Positions 44,837 to 53,858 of a stretch of DNA of 64,000 nucleotides are shown here, one piece after another (positions within the stretch are counted from its first letter, which is position 1; each line of letters begins with the position of its first letter). Source of the DNA: Candidatus Dadabacteria bacterium (GTDB taxonomy: Bacteria; Desulfobacterota_D; UBA1144; Nemesobacterales; Nemesobacteraceae); contig JAJDTG010000010.1 of the NCBI GenBank assembly GCA_022827275.1, positions 155,641 to 219,640 of the forward strand, written 5' to 3'. The translations under genes and the position numbers were made by a program. The notes beneath the pieces were generated by a model, which worked only from the letters and a program-made list of their open reading frames with translations, did not search any database and was not told the origin of the DNA.

Positions 44837-46528
44837 CTAGCTTAAATTTTTTCTTTTTATCACGCTGGCGTCAAACTGCCGGATGGCGTAGTTAACTATC
44901 TCGTCCTCTGCGGGATCAGGCTTTCTCGAGGCTTTGCCGGTTCCGTTAATCCCCTCATCGTTTATGGTGTCGATATCGAGCCTTATTTTCTCAACGCCGA
45001 GCATCTCCCTTAGTATCTCTCTTAGTTTCCCTGATTTCTTAAGCTCTTTTTCATGATTTATGCCGTTTTTAAGAAACTTCACGCTCACCCGGTTCCCGCT
45101 TACTTCAAGCAGGTGTGCCTGGGCAAGCTTTCTTGCTAAAAACCTGTCTTTGCCGTGCACGAAGTCTACGACCTCCTGCTTTTCGGGGCCGCCGCCCGAG
45201 GTCTGTGCGTCGGCTGCGGACGCAGGTGTTTGCTTCGCCGGTTTTTCCGTTTTCTCCGCGTCTTTTTCTTCAACGTTCCTGCTCTTTTTCTCCACGGGTT
45301 TGTCTTCCCGTCTCTCGGGTACGCGTCCCGCGGCTTTTATCTGTCCTCCCGGCCCCCCCGGTGTTCTCTCCGTGCCGGAACCCCGCGACGACAGGTTCTC
45401 AAGCCTTTTCAGCATGTCATCTATTTTCTCGACTTTTCCGACCGTGCTCATCTTTACAAGCGCAAGCTCAAGCACGATTTCCGGGTAAAAGGAGCTGCGT
45501 ATTTTCTCTCCCCCGTCGATTATTACGTTAAAAAGAAGTTCCACGGTTTCCGTGGATTCGTTCTTTACCAGTTCTGAGAGCTCGTCTTTTTCATCCGGGG
45601 AGAGGTCAGAAACAAAATCCTTGCCGCAGATCTTAAGGTAGAGCAGGTTTCTCATCATGTAGATGATGTCCTGGGCCATTCTCCTCGGGCTTATCCCCTT
45701 TGACGCCGCGTTCCGCACAAGCTCCACGCATTTCGCCGGTTCCTTTGCGAAGACGGCTTTTAGGATGCTTTTAAGCGACTCGTTATCCGGTATGCCGAGC
45801 AGGCTTATCACGTCCTTGTGGGTTATTCTCTCTTCAAAGGACACGGTCAGCTGGTCAAGCAGGCTCAGTGAATCCCTCATGCTTCCCTCAGATTCCCTTG
45901 CGATCAGGTAGAGGGTTTCCGTGTCGATCTTTATCTCCTCCGCCTTCGTTATCTTCTCGAGAGATTCCTTTATTTTCTCGACCGGTATTTTCTTGAAGTC
46001 GTATCTCTGGCAGCGGGACATGATGGTCGGGGGAACCTTGTGGGCTTCGGTGGTCGCCAGTATGAAAATCGCGTGCTCGGGGGGCTCTTCCATTATTTTA
46101 AGAAGGGCGTTAAAGGCCGACTGGGAGAGCATGTGCACTTCGTCGATTATGTAGACTTTCTTTCTCGCCGAAGCCGGGGAGTATTTCACGCTTTCTATGA
46201 TCTCGCGAACGTCGGCTACGCCCGTGTGCGACGCGGCGTCAATCTCCTGCACATCAAGCGATCTTCCCTCTGATATCCCCTCGCAGCTTGAGCACTGGTC
46301 GGTTGAGCAGGGGTACTTGCCCCCGTCTTTTTTCTCGCAGTTTACGGCCTTTGCGACAATTCTCGCTGTTGATGTCTTACCCGTTCCTCTGGGTCCGGCG
46401 AAGAGAAGCGCGTGGGCTATTTTTCCTGACTCGATTGAATTTCTGAGGGTAACGGCGGGGAATTCCTGACCTATCAGGTCTTCGAAAGTCTGGGGACGCC
46501 ACTTGCGGGCGAGTACTCTATAAGCCAT
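44837..46528 (-). CDS. dnaX: DNA polymerase III subunit gamma/tau
   Basis: MAYRVLARKWRPQTFEDLIGQE...LFAGPRGTGKTSTARIVAKAVNCE and a C4 zinc module are present. 563 aa. Confidence 0.9.
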   Translation of the reverse strand: MAYRVLARKWRPQTFEDLIGQEFPAVTLRNSIESGKIAHALLFAGPRGTGKTSTARIVAKAVNCEKKDGGKYPCSTDQCSSCEGISEGRSLDVQEIDAASHTGVADVREIIESVKYSPASARKKVYIIDEVHMLSQSAFNALLKIMEEPPEHAIFILATTEAHKVPPTIMSRCQRYDFKKIPVEKIKESLEKITKAEEIKIDTETLYLIARESEGSMRDSLSLLDQLTVSFEERITHKDVISLLGIPDNESLKSILKAVFAKEPAKCVELVRNAASKGISPRRMAQDIIYMMRNLLYLKICGKDFVSDLSPDEKDELSELVKNESTETVELLFNVIIDGGEKIRSSFYPEIVLELALVKMSTVGKVEKIDDMLKRLENLSSRGSGTERTPGGPGGQIKAAGRVPERREDKPVEKKSRNVEEKDAEKTEKPAKQTPASAADAQTSGGGPEKQEVVDFVHGKDRFLARKLAQAHLLEVSGNRVSVKFLKNGINHEKELKKSGKLREILREMLGVEKIRLDIDTINDEGINGTGKASRKPDPAEDEIVNYAIRQFDASVIKRKNLS

Positions 46529-46539
46529 ATTTTTTAAAA

Positions 46540-46643
46540 CCAGCGACCAGGTATCCGTAACGCACGGAGGTTTTTGCTACCGTTGCTCCCTTCCGGGCCT
46601 GGCGGAGTTCGCAAGCCCCAGTCGTACGGGCCCGGCCACTGGA
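46540..46643 (-). ncRNA. ffs: Signal recognition particle RNA (4.5S-type, ffs)
   Basis: The minus strand contains CCGCCAGGCCCGGAAGGGAGCAACGGUAGC, the conserved SRP RNA domain IV GGAAG/AGCA motif. A CCAGG...CCUGG helix closes it, and the terminal helix pairs CCAGUGGC with GUCGCUGG. It sits directly upstream of dnaX, the conserved ffs location. Confidence 0.7.
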
Positions 46644-46696
46644 TTATTCTCCAAACAGGCGAACCGCTGCGGTCCGGTCTAATCACTCTACACAAA

Positions 46697-46734
46697 AACG
46701 GATTTTTTAGAAATGCGCGCTGGAGAAATCCGTT
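46697..46734 (-). terminator. Rho-independent terminator downstream of hipA
   Basis: AACGGATTT pairs with AAATCCGTT (9-bp stem, 20-nt loop). A U-tract follows on the minus strand (the plus strand shows ACACAAAAA at 46689-46696). Confidence 0.5.
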
Positions 46735-46792
46735 GCGTATCAGGGAAAAGCGACGCGATATGCCGGTTGGCGGATTTCCGCTAAAGTGGTTT

Positions 46793-48061
46793 TTAACGGT
46801 CGGGGTTATTTTTAATCTGTTTTTCAACAAGCTTTGCGCGTCTTTCTATAATGGAGCATATATCCGCGAAGATCGGGGATTTCCCCACCTCTTTCTCAAG
46901 AGAGCTTCTGAGCGCGGGAGCGTTTTCAAGGCAACTCCGCGCGGTGGTGAGGAGCAGCTCCTCGAGATTTTTTCTGGCAACCGCGGTATCGGGAACGAGT
47001 CGGCGCCAGTCTCTTGGGAATATCCTTTCCGGATCGTACCTCTTGCCGATCTTCATAGCCATTTTTCTTGACAGCCGCGAATAAACGGCCGTGTTCAGCA
47101 GATCGTAGGACGGGGCAAGTTCGGGTTTTCTTGCCCTGTAGAGAAGCGAGAAATTCTTTGCGTGCGCGTCCGCGTTGCCGATCAGGTAGTTGAATATCAC
47201 TTTTTTCAGAAAATCGAGTTGATCCGCGGCGGGTCTCAGGCTGTGCCCTCTCAGCAGTTCCATGCAGCTGGATATGCCGGGTCCCCCTTCGCGTTCATAT
47301 CTAATGTCCGGGGCGATACCCAGAGCCTGGCAGAAATCCTCCTGGTGCAGCCTTTTCGTAAGACCTTCTTTGTCCGTCACTCGGTCGTAACGCTCCACAA
47401 GCAGGTAAGGTACATCATCTGACCATCCCGCTCCAACTTCCGGAGTCTCAATTCCGACCAGATGAGCAAGGCGCATGCAGAACAGTTCATTCTGCACGGT
47501 ATCTTTTAAATCACCGACCGCGGGCTTCAGTATATGGGTTGTCGGAACGGTGCCTCTCACAAGGGCGATCTTTCCGTCTTTTACGCTTACGGCGATTTTG
47601 TCCTGAGCCCCGGCGAGCGACATGCGTAATCCATCGTAGTCCGCAAGCAGCGGCCGTTGTTCAAGTAACCTCAGGATTTCGCTCAGTTTCCTCTCGTCAA
47701 GGATTTCCACGTCCCCTTCGTTTTCTTCGGGGGGTCTTGCGCCGCTGGGATATAAGGATACGGCTCCCGCGCACTCGCCGCCTACGGCTTCCAGCAGGGC
47801 GAAAACGTTGCCTTCGGAAATTCCAAGGTACCCGGCCAGCCTGTGCCGCACGATATCGTCGGGCAGGAATCCTGAAAAAAACGCCTTTACCGCGTTTCCT
47901 TCATAGGTCCCTTTCCCTAGAGGAAGAGATATGGACAGTGAGGGGCGGTCTGCTTCCAGGTATCCGGCATCGTAGGAGAACAGCAGTTCGGCGGAACCAC
48001 GGGGCGAGAAGAGTTGACCGGCACAGATTCCATGCAGGTAAACATCGAGAATCCGGTTCAT
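46793..48061 (-). CDS. hipA: HipA-family serine/threonine kinase toxin (type II TA)
   Basis: HipA N- and C-terminal domains are present. The catalytic motif reads YLIGNADAHAKNFSLLY, and VSLAGAQDKIAV matches the HipA P-loop-like motif. It overlaps hipB by 4 nt. Confidence 0.8.
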   Translation of the reverse strand: MNRILDVYLHGICAGQLFSPRGSAELLFSYDAGYLEADRPSLSISLPLGKGTYEGNAVKAFFSGFLPDDIVRHRLAGYLGISEGNVFALLEAVGGECAGAVSLYPSGARPPEENEGDVEILDERKLSEILRLLEQRPLLADYDGLRMSLAGAQDKIAVSVKDGKIALVRGTVPTTHILKPAVGDLKDTVQNELFCMRLAHLVGIETPEVGAGWSDDVPYLLVERYDRVTDKEGLTKRLHQEDFCQALGIAPDIRYEREGGPGISSCMELLRGHSLRPAADQLDFLKKVIFNYLIGNADAHAKNFSLLYRARKPELAPSYDLLNTAVYSRLSRKMAMKIGKRYDPERIFPRDWRRLVPDTAVARKNLEELLLTTARSCLENAPALRSSLEKEVGKSPIFADICSIIERRAKLVEKQIKNNPDR

Positions 48062-48282
48062 ATGTCCCCGTGTCCTTTGACTGAAATGTCCATACCCAGC
48101 ATCCTTACGACTTTCAGTGACTTGCCGAGGTGGCAGGACTCCTTTCCCCGCTCAAGTTCGCGGACGAACCTTGTTCCGACTCCGCAGGCGGCCGCAAGCT
48201 GTTCCTGAGTCAGCCCCTGATCTTTCCTGACTTTGCGTATGGTCTCGCCAAGTTGTCTAACGTTGTTGATGAGTAAGTTCAT
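48058..48282 (-). CDS. hipB: HipB-like XRE-family HTH antitoxin
   Basis: 74 aa. IRKVRKDQGLTQEQLAAACGVGTRFVRELERGK is an XRE HTH. It sits immediately upstream of hipA and is translationally coupled to it. Confidence 0.75.
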   Translation of the reverse strand: MNLLINNVRQLGETIRKVRKDQGLTQEQLAAACGVGTRFVRELERGKESCHLGKSLKVVRMLGMDISVKGHGDI

Positions 48283-48283
48283 G

Positions 48284-48349
48284 AATCATCCCTTTCGGGT
48301 TTATTTTATCATGAAACAAGGCAAATGCAATAAAATCATCCCTTTCAGG
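48284..48349. promoter_or_regulatory. Two direct repeats AATCATCCCTTTC(G/A)GG spaced 50 bp apart, immediately upstream of hipB; candidate HipB operator sites
   Basis: The copies lie at 48284-48299 and 48334-48349 and match at 15 of 16 positions. The region is AT-rich and TCATGA palindromes are nearby. Confidence 0.35.
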
Positions 48350-48572
48350 ACTATTTTAGATATTCAAAAAGATTTCGGGGAACAATGCTCCCGATCGGGA
48401 TGAATTTCTCTGTGATCAAAGCTTTTTTCTTTCCCGTTAAGGGTGTATTCACTCGGGTTAAACGAACGACACATGTGATCTTAACGATTGATTCATAATT
48501 ACTATTTGTATTGAATGGTAAGAAGGCTATAAAATGAGCCTAGAGATATTTGCTAGTTGGAGGTGAAAGCAC

Positions 48573-48926
48573 ATGCATGTAAAAAGAATTGACGATATAG
48601 AAAGTGAGGTCCTGGAGTCGGGAAGCGGCGTTTCAAGACAGATGCTCATAGGTCCCGAGGAGGGTCCTAATTTCTCTATGAGAAAGCTTGTCATTGAACC
48701 CGGGGGCGGCATTCCCGCTCATACAAGTAGCGCCGAGCATGAGCAGTATGTTCTTGGCGGCACGGCCAGGGTTGGAATCGGGGACCAGGTTTATGAAGTG
48801 GCGAAGGGCGACGTGGTCTTTATCCCCGCCGGAGAACTGCACTGGTATGAAGCTTACGGAGAGGAATCTTTTGAGCTTCTGTCGGTTCTGCCGAATAAAG
48901 ACACCGAGATGGTTTTCGCAAAATAG
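48573..48926 (+). CDS. Cupin-domain protein, copy 1
   Basis: 117 aa. A single cupin_2 barrel (GGGIPAHTSSAEHEQYVLGG...GDVVFIPAGELHWY). Confidence 0.7.
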   Translation: MHVKRIDDIESEVLESGSGVSRQMLIGPEEGPNFSMRKLVIEPGGGIPAHTSSAEHEQYVLGGTARVGIGDQVYEVAKGDVVFIPAGELHWYEAYGEESFELLSVLPNKDTEMVFAK

Positions 48927-49046
48927 CCGCTCCGGAAAAGACAGGAAAGACCGATGCTCGCTCGTTAAGGTCAGCTGGGACTGCATATAATTCCCCTAAA
49001 TGTCTATGGAACAATCCGTCTTCTCTGTGCTATAATAAAAAACACC

Positions 49047-49400
49047 ATGTATGTAAAAAAGGTTAAAGAAGTAGAGAGTACGATTATCGGAGCAGGACAG
49101 GGTACTTCAAGGCAGGTTCTCATTAGTCCGGAGGAAGGACCGAACTTCGCAATGAGAAAGTTTGTTATGCAGCCTGGAGGCGATATCCCCGCTCATACCA
49201 ATGCCGTTGAGCACGAGCAGTATGTGCTTGGAGGCAAGGCGCGTATTGGAATCGGAGATGAAGTGTATAACGTCGAGAAGGATGATGTGGTCTTTATTCC
49301 CGCCGGGGTTCCCCACTGGTATGAAGTCGAGGGTGAGGAGCCTTTTGAGTTTCTGTGCCTTGTGCCGAATCTTGAAGACAAGATAGAGCTTATAAAATAA
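49047..49400 (+). CDS. Cupin-domain protein, copy 2 (tandem paralog, about 75% identical to copy 1)
   Basis: 117 aa. Same motifs (GGDIPAHTNAVEHEQYVLGG...DDVVFIPAGVPHWY). Confidence 0.7.
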   Translation: MYVKKVKEVESTIIGAGQGTSRQVLISPEEGPNFAMRKFVMQPGGDIPAHTNAVEHEQYVLGGKARIGIGDEVYNVEKDDVVFIPAGVPHWYEVEGEEPFEFLCLVPNLEDKIELIK

Positions 49401-49423
49401 TCGTGCTTGGGACCAACTGAATC

Positions 49424-49515
49424 TGGCGGAGAGAGTGGGATTCGAACCCACGAGGGAGCGTAAACCCCCTACACGCTTTCCAGGCGTGCACCTTCGGCCA
49501 CTCGGTCATCTCTCC
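49424..49515 (-). tRNA. tRNA-Ser (anticodon GGA), type II with a long variable arm
   Basis: The minus strand reads GGAGAGATGACCGAGTGGCCGAAGGTGCACGCCTGGAAAGCGTGTAGGGGGTTTACGCTCCCTCGTGGGTTCGAATCCCACTCTCTCCGCCA. The anticodon loop is CTGGAAA. Confidence 0.85.
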
Positions 49516-49637
49516 GTGTTATTCTTGATGACACTACAAGTTGTCATTTTTTCGGGAGTTTTATAAACAATTTCCCGCGGTTCGTGAAAAACCCTCTCTA
49601 GTTTAACAAGAGAATTGGTGTTTGTTAAACTATCAAA

Positions 49638-50174
49638 ATGCCAGAGAAATGGAAACTTCAAAAGAGCACTCCGCTTAACGACTACAGAATCTTTTCAACG
49701 AAAAAGAAAAGCGCCATCTCGCCCGAAGATGGCGCCGTCCATGACTTCTACGTGATGGACGCTCCCGACTGGGTTAACATTATCCCCGTTACGCCCTCTG
49801 GTGAAATAGTTCTTATAAACCAGTTTCGCCACGGCACTGGGGAGATCACGCTTGAGATTCCGGGCGGAATGATTGACCCGGGGGAAAGCCCTGTTGAGTG
49901 CGCGCGCAGGGAACTCCTTGAGGAAACGGGATTTACCTCCACCCGGTGGAAGCAGATAGGATGCGTCAGGCCGAACCCTGCATTCATGTCAAATTCCTGC
50001 TTTACCTTTCTGGCATCTGACTGTGAGCGGACGTCGGAACCGTCTTTTGACACTACAGAAGACATAGAAACCTTGCTTGTCTCTCCGCGGGAGATAAAAC
50101 GATACATAAGGGAAGGCACCATAGATCACTGCATAGTGATAGCGGCGTTCGGGTTTTACTTTCTCGGGGAGTGA
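49638..50174 (+). CDS. NUDIX hydrolase (ADP-ribose pyrophosphatase-like)
   Basis: The Nudix box reads GGMIDPGESPVECARRELLEETGF. Confidence 0.8.
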   Translation: MPEKWKLQKSTPLNDYRIFSTKKKSAISPEDGAVHDFYVMDAPDWVNIIPVTPSGEIVLINQFRHGTGEITLEIPGGMIDPGESPVECARRELLEETGFTSTRWKQIGCVRPNPAFMSNSCFTFLASDCERTSEPSFDTTEDIETLLVSPREIKRYIREGTIDHCIVIAAFGFYFLGE

Positions 50175-50224
50175 CCCTGTTGATTTCTCCGGGTTTAGCG
50201 AGAATAATAGTCCCCTACCTTAAA

Positions 50225-50308
50225 GGGCGGGTGGCGGAATAGGTAGACGCGACGGCCTCAAAAGCCGTTGGGCTTTAGCCCGTGAGGGTTCGATTCCCTC
50301 TCCGCCCA
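50225..50308 (+). tRNA. tRNA-Leu (anticodon CAA), type II; CCA not encoded
   Basis: GGGCGGGTGGCGGAATAGGTAGACGCGACGGCCTCAAAAGCCGTTGGGCTTTAGCCCGTGAGGGTTCGATTCCCTCTCCGCCCA. The anticodon loop is CTCAAAA. Confidence 0.8.
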
Positions 50309-50348
50309 GAAAAGGCTTCCGCTTCCCCTTCCCCAAAACCCAGTATCC

Positions 50349-51497
50349 TCAGTACCTGGCCATTTCCGAGTCGTACTTCTCAGCCCACTCGTCTATGCCG
50401 CCCTTGAGGTTTTTAACATTACTGAAACCCTGCTCGACAAGGAAAGTCGCGGCCTTCATGCTTCTCCCGCCATGGTGGCAGTGAACGACTATGTCGTCCT
50501 TGGGGTCAAGTTCGTCCGTTCTGTCCTTGAGTTCGCCTAGGGGAATAAGCTTTGATCCCTCCAGGTTGCATATTTCGTACTCATGGGGCTCTCTCACGTC
50601 TATCAGAACGAAATCGGCCTTGTTCTCCTTAATGGAGCTGAACTCCTCGACGGTTATCTCCTCGACCTTGGGTTTTTCCTCTTGAGCCTCTTCGCCTCGG
50701 CCGATACCGCAGAACTCCTGGTAATCTATGAGTTCGGTCACGGTGGCGTTCTCGCCGCAGACGGGGCAGTCGGGATCTTTCCTGAGCTTGAGTATCCTCG
50801 GCTCCATGGTGAGGACGTCAATGAAGAGAAGCCTCCCTATAAGCGGCTCTCCCTCGCCGATTACAAGCTTTACGACCTCCGCTGCCTGCATGGTTCCCAC
50901 CACTCCGGGCAGTATTCCAAGCACTCCTCCTTCGGCGCAACTCGGCACGAGTCCCGGGGGAGGGGGTTCCGGATAGAGACACCTGTAGCAGGGGCCTCTT
51001 TTCGCGTCGAACACGCTTACCTGGCCCTCGAATCTGAAGATGCTCCCGTAGACGTTCGGAATCCCGAGGAAAACGCAGGCGTCGTTCGTGAGATACCTCG
51101 TGGCGAAATTATCCGTTCCGTCAACGACCACGTCATAGTCCTTCATGATCTCCATGGCGTTATCCGAATTCAGCATCTCGTTATAGGTAACGATATTGGT
51201 ATCGGAGTTAAGCTCCAGGAGACGGTCCCTTGCGGACTCCACCTTGGGAGTGCCAACGGTCTTTTCGCTGTGGATCACCTGCCTTTGCAGGTTGCTGAAA
51301 TCCACCACGTCGAAATCCAGTATTCCCAGGGTGCCGACCCCCGCAGCCGCGAGGTAGAGAGCAAGCGGAGACCCGAGCCCTCCGGCGCCGATACACAGGA
51401 CCCTTGAGTTCTTGAGTTTTTTCTGTCCCTCAATGCCGACTTCGGGCATTATAAGGTGCCTGCTGTACCTGGTTATCTCCTGATTGCTCAAGTCCAT
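50349..51497 (-). CDS. moeB: Molybdopterin-synthase adenylyltransferase MoeB/ThiF-type E1 with a C-terminal rhodanese domain
   Basis: YSRHLIMPEVGIEGQKKL...VLCIGAGGLGSPLALYLAAAGVG is the ThiF fold. CxxC pairs are present, and the rhodanese domain shows an active-site Cys (VVHCHHGGRS). Confidence 0.8.
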   Translation of the reverse strand: MDLSNQEITRYSRHLIMPEVGIEGQKKLKNSRVLCIGAGGLGSPLALYLAAAGVGTLGILDFDVVDFSNLQRQVIHSEKTVGTPKVESARDRLLELNSDTNIVTYNEMLNSDNAMEIMKDYDVVVDGTDNFATRYLTNDACVFLGIPNVYGSIFRFEGQVSVFDAKRGPCYRCLYPEPPPPGLVPSCAEGGVLGILPGVVGTMQAAEVVKLVIGEGEPLIGRLLFIDVLTMEPRILKLRKDPDCPVCGENATVTELIDYQEFCGIGRGEEAQEEKPKVEEITVEEFSSIKENKADFVLIDVREPHEYEICNLEGSKLIPLGELKDRTDELDPKDDIVVHCHHGGRSMKAATFLVEQGFSNVKNLKGGIDEWAEKYDSEMARY

Positions 51498-51648
51498 TTT
51501 GAATACCTTCCTTTCGATCTAAAATATTCAGACAGTAAAGTTAGTACATGATCTGCATATTTTCAAACCGCAAACGCAACTTTCCCGTCAGTTAAGAAAA
51601 GGGAATTTCCCTGGAATTGGAATAACCGGATTCTTAGTTTCCTGGGAA

Positions 51649-51852
51649 TTAATTCTTTACTACTACGTTGGTTGCGGTGGGTCCTTTCTTACCTTGAATT
51701 ATCTCAAAGTCTACTTCGTCACCTTCATTGAGAGTCTTGTAACCTTCTCCCTCGATAGCGGTGTAATGAACAAAAACATCATCCTGCACTTCTGCGGATG
51801 TTATAAATCCATAGCCCTTGGAGCTATTAAACCATTTTACAGTTCCCTGCAT
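51649..51852 (-). CDS. Cold-shock protein (CspA family), copy 1
   Basis: [64 protein letters not shown] carries the RNP1/RNP2 motifs. I took the internal Met start and treat the ORF-track extension as 5'UTR. Confidence 0.85.
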   Translation of the reverse strand: MQGTVKWFNSSKGYGFITSAEVQDDVFVHYTAIEGEGYKTLNEGDEVDFEIIQGKKGPTATNVVVKN

Positions 51853-52011
51853 TGCAATACCTACCTCTAAAAAATTTAATATCTGCGGGATTATTCCACA
51901 GCTATATTGCTTTGTCAAACTGTACTTCCTCCTTCTCCAGGAAAAATTCTGGATTCGGAGGAATATACAGTAGTTCTCAAAGCGTTTCGCGTTATACCTG
52001 CGTATATCTCA

Positions 52012-52030
52012 AATCCGCGCAGAGCGGATT
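52012..52030 (-). terminator. Hairpin (AATCCGC-GCAGA-GCGGATT) 2 nt downstream of the csp copy-2 stop; candidate terminator. A second copy lies at 52392-52410
   Basis: Read directly from the sequence. The 7-bp stem recurs 380 bp upstream. Confidence 0.4.
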
Positions 52031-52031
52031 C

Positions 52032-52232
52032 TTAAGCAGGCACAACGTTGGTTGCGGTGGGTCCTTTTTTACCTTGAGTGATCTCAAAGCTTACTTCGTC
52101 ACCCTCATTGAGAGTTTTGTAGCCATCGCCCTCAATAGCGGTGTAATGAACAAAAACATCATCCTGCACTTCTGCGGATGTTATAAATCCATAGCCTTTG
52201 GAGCTATTAAACCATTTTACAGTTCCCTGCAT
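52032..52232 (-). CDS. Cold-shock protein (CspA family), copy 2
   Basis: Nearly identical to copy 1 ([64 protein letters not shown]). Confidence 0.85.
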   Translation of the reverse strand: MQGTVKWFNSSKGYGFITSAEVQDDVFVHYTAIEGDGYKTLNEGDEVSFEITQGKKGPTATNVVPA

Positions 52233-52431
52233 TATAATACCTACCTCTAGAAATTTAATATCCGCGGGATTATGCTGGACATGTACTGGTTTGTCAAACA
52301 AAATTTTTTCTTCTCCAGAGAAAATTCCGGATTAGGAGGAAACCATGTAGTGTTTCTCGGAACTTTTCGCAGTATAATTACGTGCATCTCAAATCCGCGC
52401 AAAGCGGATTCTAAAGTAGGTATAAAATCAA

Positions 52432-52985
52432 TGGAAGACAGGAAAAGAAAAAGAATCTACATTTTCTGCATAGTGTTGTTTGTGCTCGGAGGGGGGCTTT
52501 TCTTTTATAACGTAGTGAAAAGCTTCACCGGCCTCGGCTCGACGCTTAATGAATACACTTTTCCGGGAAGCCACTCAATCCGGCTTGAGGAAAAGGGGCT
52601 TTATTCAATCTACCACCAGTATGAGAGCGCTTTTGACGGGGGAAAGACAGAGGATGCCTCCGTCGAGGAGAGCTCGATAGTCCTTTACCTGAAAAAAGTT
52701 CCGAGTGCGGAGAACGTGGAGCTGAAGGTGCCCGGTTCAAAGAAAAGATACAGTTATATGGGAAAGAGGGGAGTGAAGATATTTGAGTTCGAGAATCCCG
52801 GGCCGACGGGTTACGTAATCGAGTCTTTCTCAAGCGCTTCTTCCCGGGACGCCTCCTACACGCTTGTTGTTGAGCGCGGGTTCGAGATAACCAGGCTTAA
52901 GGGGATACTCATCTCCCAGGCGTTTTTGCTTGTCCCGACCCTTTTCGCGATAATACTTTTCATGCGCACCTACATAAGGAGCTGA
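52432..52985 (+). CDS. Hypothetical membrane-anchored protein (N- and C-terminal TM segments)
   Basis: I chose the start at MEDRKRKRIYIF. The longer ORF-track start at 52272 would run into the csp 5' region. I recognised no family. Confidence 0.35.
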
Positions 52986-52994
52986 CCGCGGCAG

Positions 52995-53858
52995 ATGTTC
53001 AGAGAGGTAAAATCCCGGGTTCTTGCTTTCGATATAGAGTGGGTTCCCGACCCGGAGTCGGGAAAGGTGGCGTACGAACTTCCCCGAGATATGCCCGACC
53101 GCGAGGTGATCGAGTTTATGTGGGAGCAGGGCGGGGCGACCGAGGAAGAGCCCATGCCGTTTCTTAAGACGGTTCTCTCCAAGATAGTGTCGATCTCAAT
53201 GGTCTTCCGGGAATCTGATAAAGACGGAACGGCTTCAAGGCTCAAGCTTCACTCCATTCCGTCAATTCCGACTTCGGACGAAGACTGCTCCGAGAGAAGA
53301 ATCATAGAAGACTTTTTCAAGATTCTCGACAAGCACCACCCCCAGCTTGTCGGGTACAACACCTCAGGGGCCGACATTCCGATTCTGGCGCAGAGGATGA
53401 TCAAGCACGGACTCGGGGGCGGTTTCTTCACGCAGAGGCCTAACAGACCCTGGGAAGGCGCCGATTTCTTTGCCCGCGGAAGCGACTGGAACGTCGATTT
53501 GATGCGCTGCGTAAGCACATGGGGAAAAGGTACCCCGTCTCTTCACGAGATATCGGTCGTAAGCGGAATCCCGGGGAAGATGGAAGGTGTTGACGGAAAG
53601 CAGGTCGCTCCGATGTGGCTTGAGGGAAGACTTGACGAGATAGTCGCCTATAACGAGTGCGACGCTCTTACGACCTATCTCCTGTGGCTCAGGATGGCCC
53701 ACTCGATCGGACACTTCGATTCAGACCGGTACGCGGAGGAACAGCAACTGCTTCGCGACATGATAAAGCAAGAGGCCGAGAGCCCTGAAAGGCGACGGCA
53801 TCTTCTGGCTTACCTATCAAAGTGGGAGAGCCTAAGCGGGGTAGGGACGGATGGGTAG
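52995..53858 (+). CDS. Predicted 3'-5' exonuclease of the RNase H-like/DnaQ superfamily (PolB-exonuclease-like, COG3298-type)
   Basis: Three motifs are present: Exo I-like AFDIEW, Exo II-like GYNTSGADIPIL, and Exo III-like AYNECDALTTY. Confidence 0.55.
   Translation: MFREVKSRVLAFDIEWVPDPESGKVAYELPRDMPDREVIEFMWEQGGATEEEPMPFLKTVLSKIVSISMVFRESDKDGTASRLKLHSIPSIPTSDEDCSERRIIEDFFKILDKHHPQLVGYNTSGADIPILAQRMIKHGLGGGFFTQRPNRPWEGADFFARGSDWNVDLMRCVSTWGKGTPSLHEISVVSGIPGKMEGVDGKQVAPMWLEGRLDEIVAYNECDALTTYLLWLRMAHSIGHFDSDRYAEEQQLLRDMIKQEAESPERRRHLLAYLSKWESLSGVGTDG

Noticed and set aside
45060-46469. Multiple + strand ORFs inside dnaX (for example 45060..45488, 45115..45531, 45155..45577)
   Set aside because: They are antisense to dnaX. 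Their Pro/Arg/Ser-rich low-complexity content is a GC-skew artefact.
46534-47071. ORFs 46534..46830 (-) and 46574..47071 (+)
   Set aside because: They overlap the SRP RNA gene, the hipA terminator and the hipA coding region, and have no protein-like composition. The ncRNA and hipA calls explain the sequence.
51852-52301. N-terminal extensions of the csp ORFs (51853..51918 and 52233..52301) and the 52272 start of the downstream membrane ORF
   Set aside because: Cold-shock proteins start at the conserved MQGTVKWFN motif. The extensions lie in the duplicated 5'UTR, so internal Met starts were used. The 52272 start would overlap this leader and was replaced by 52432.
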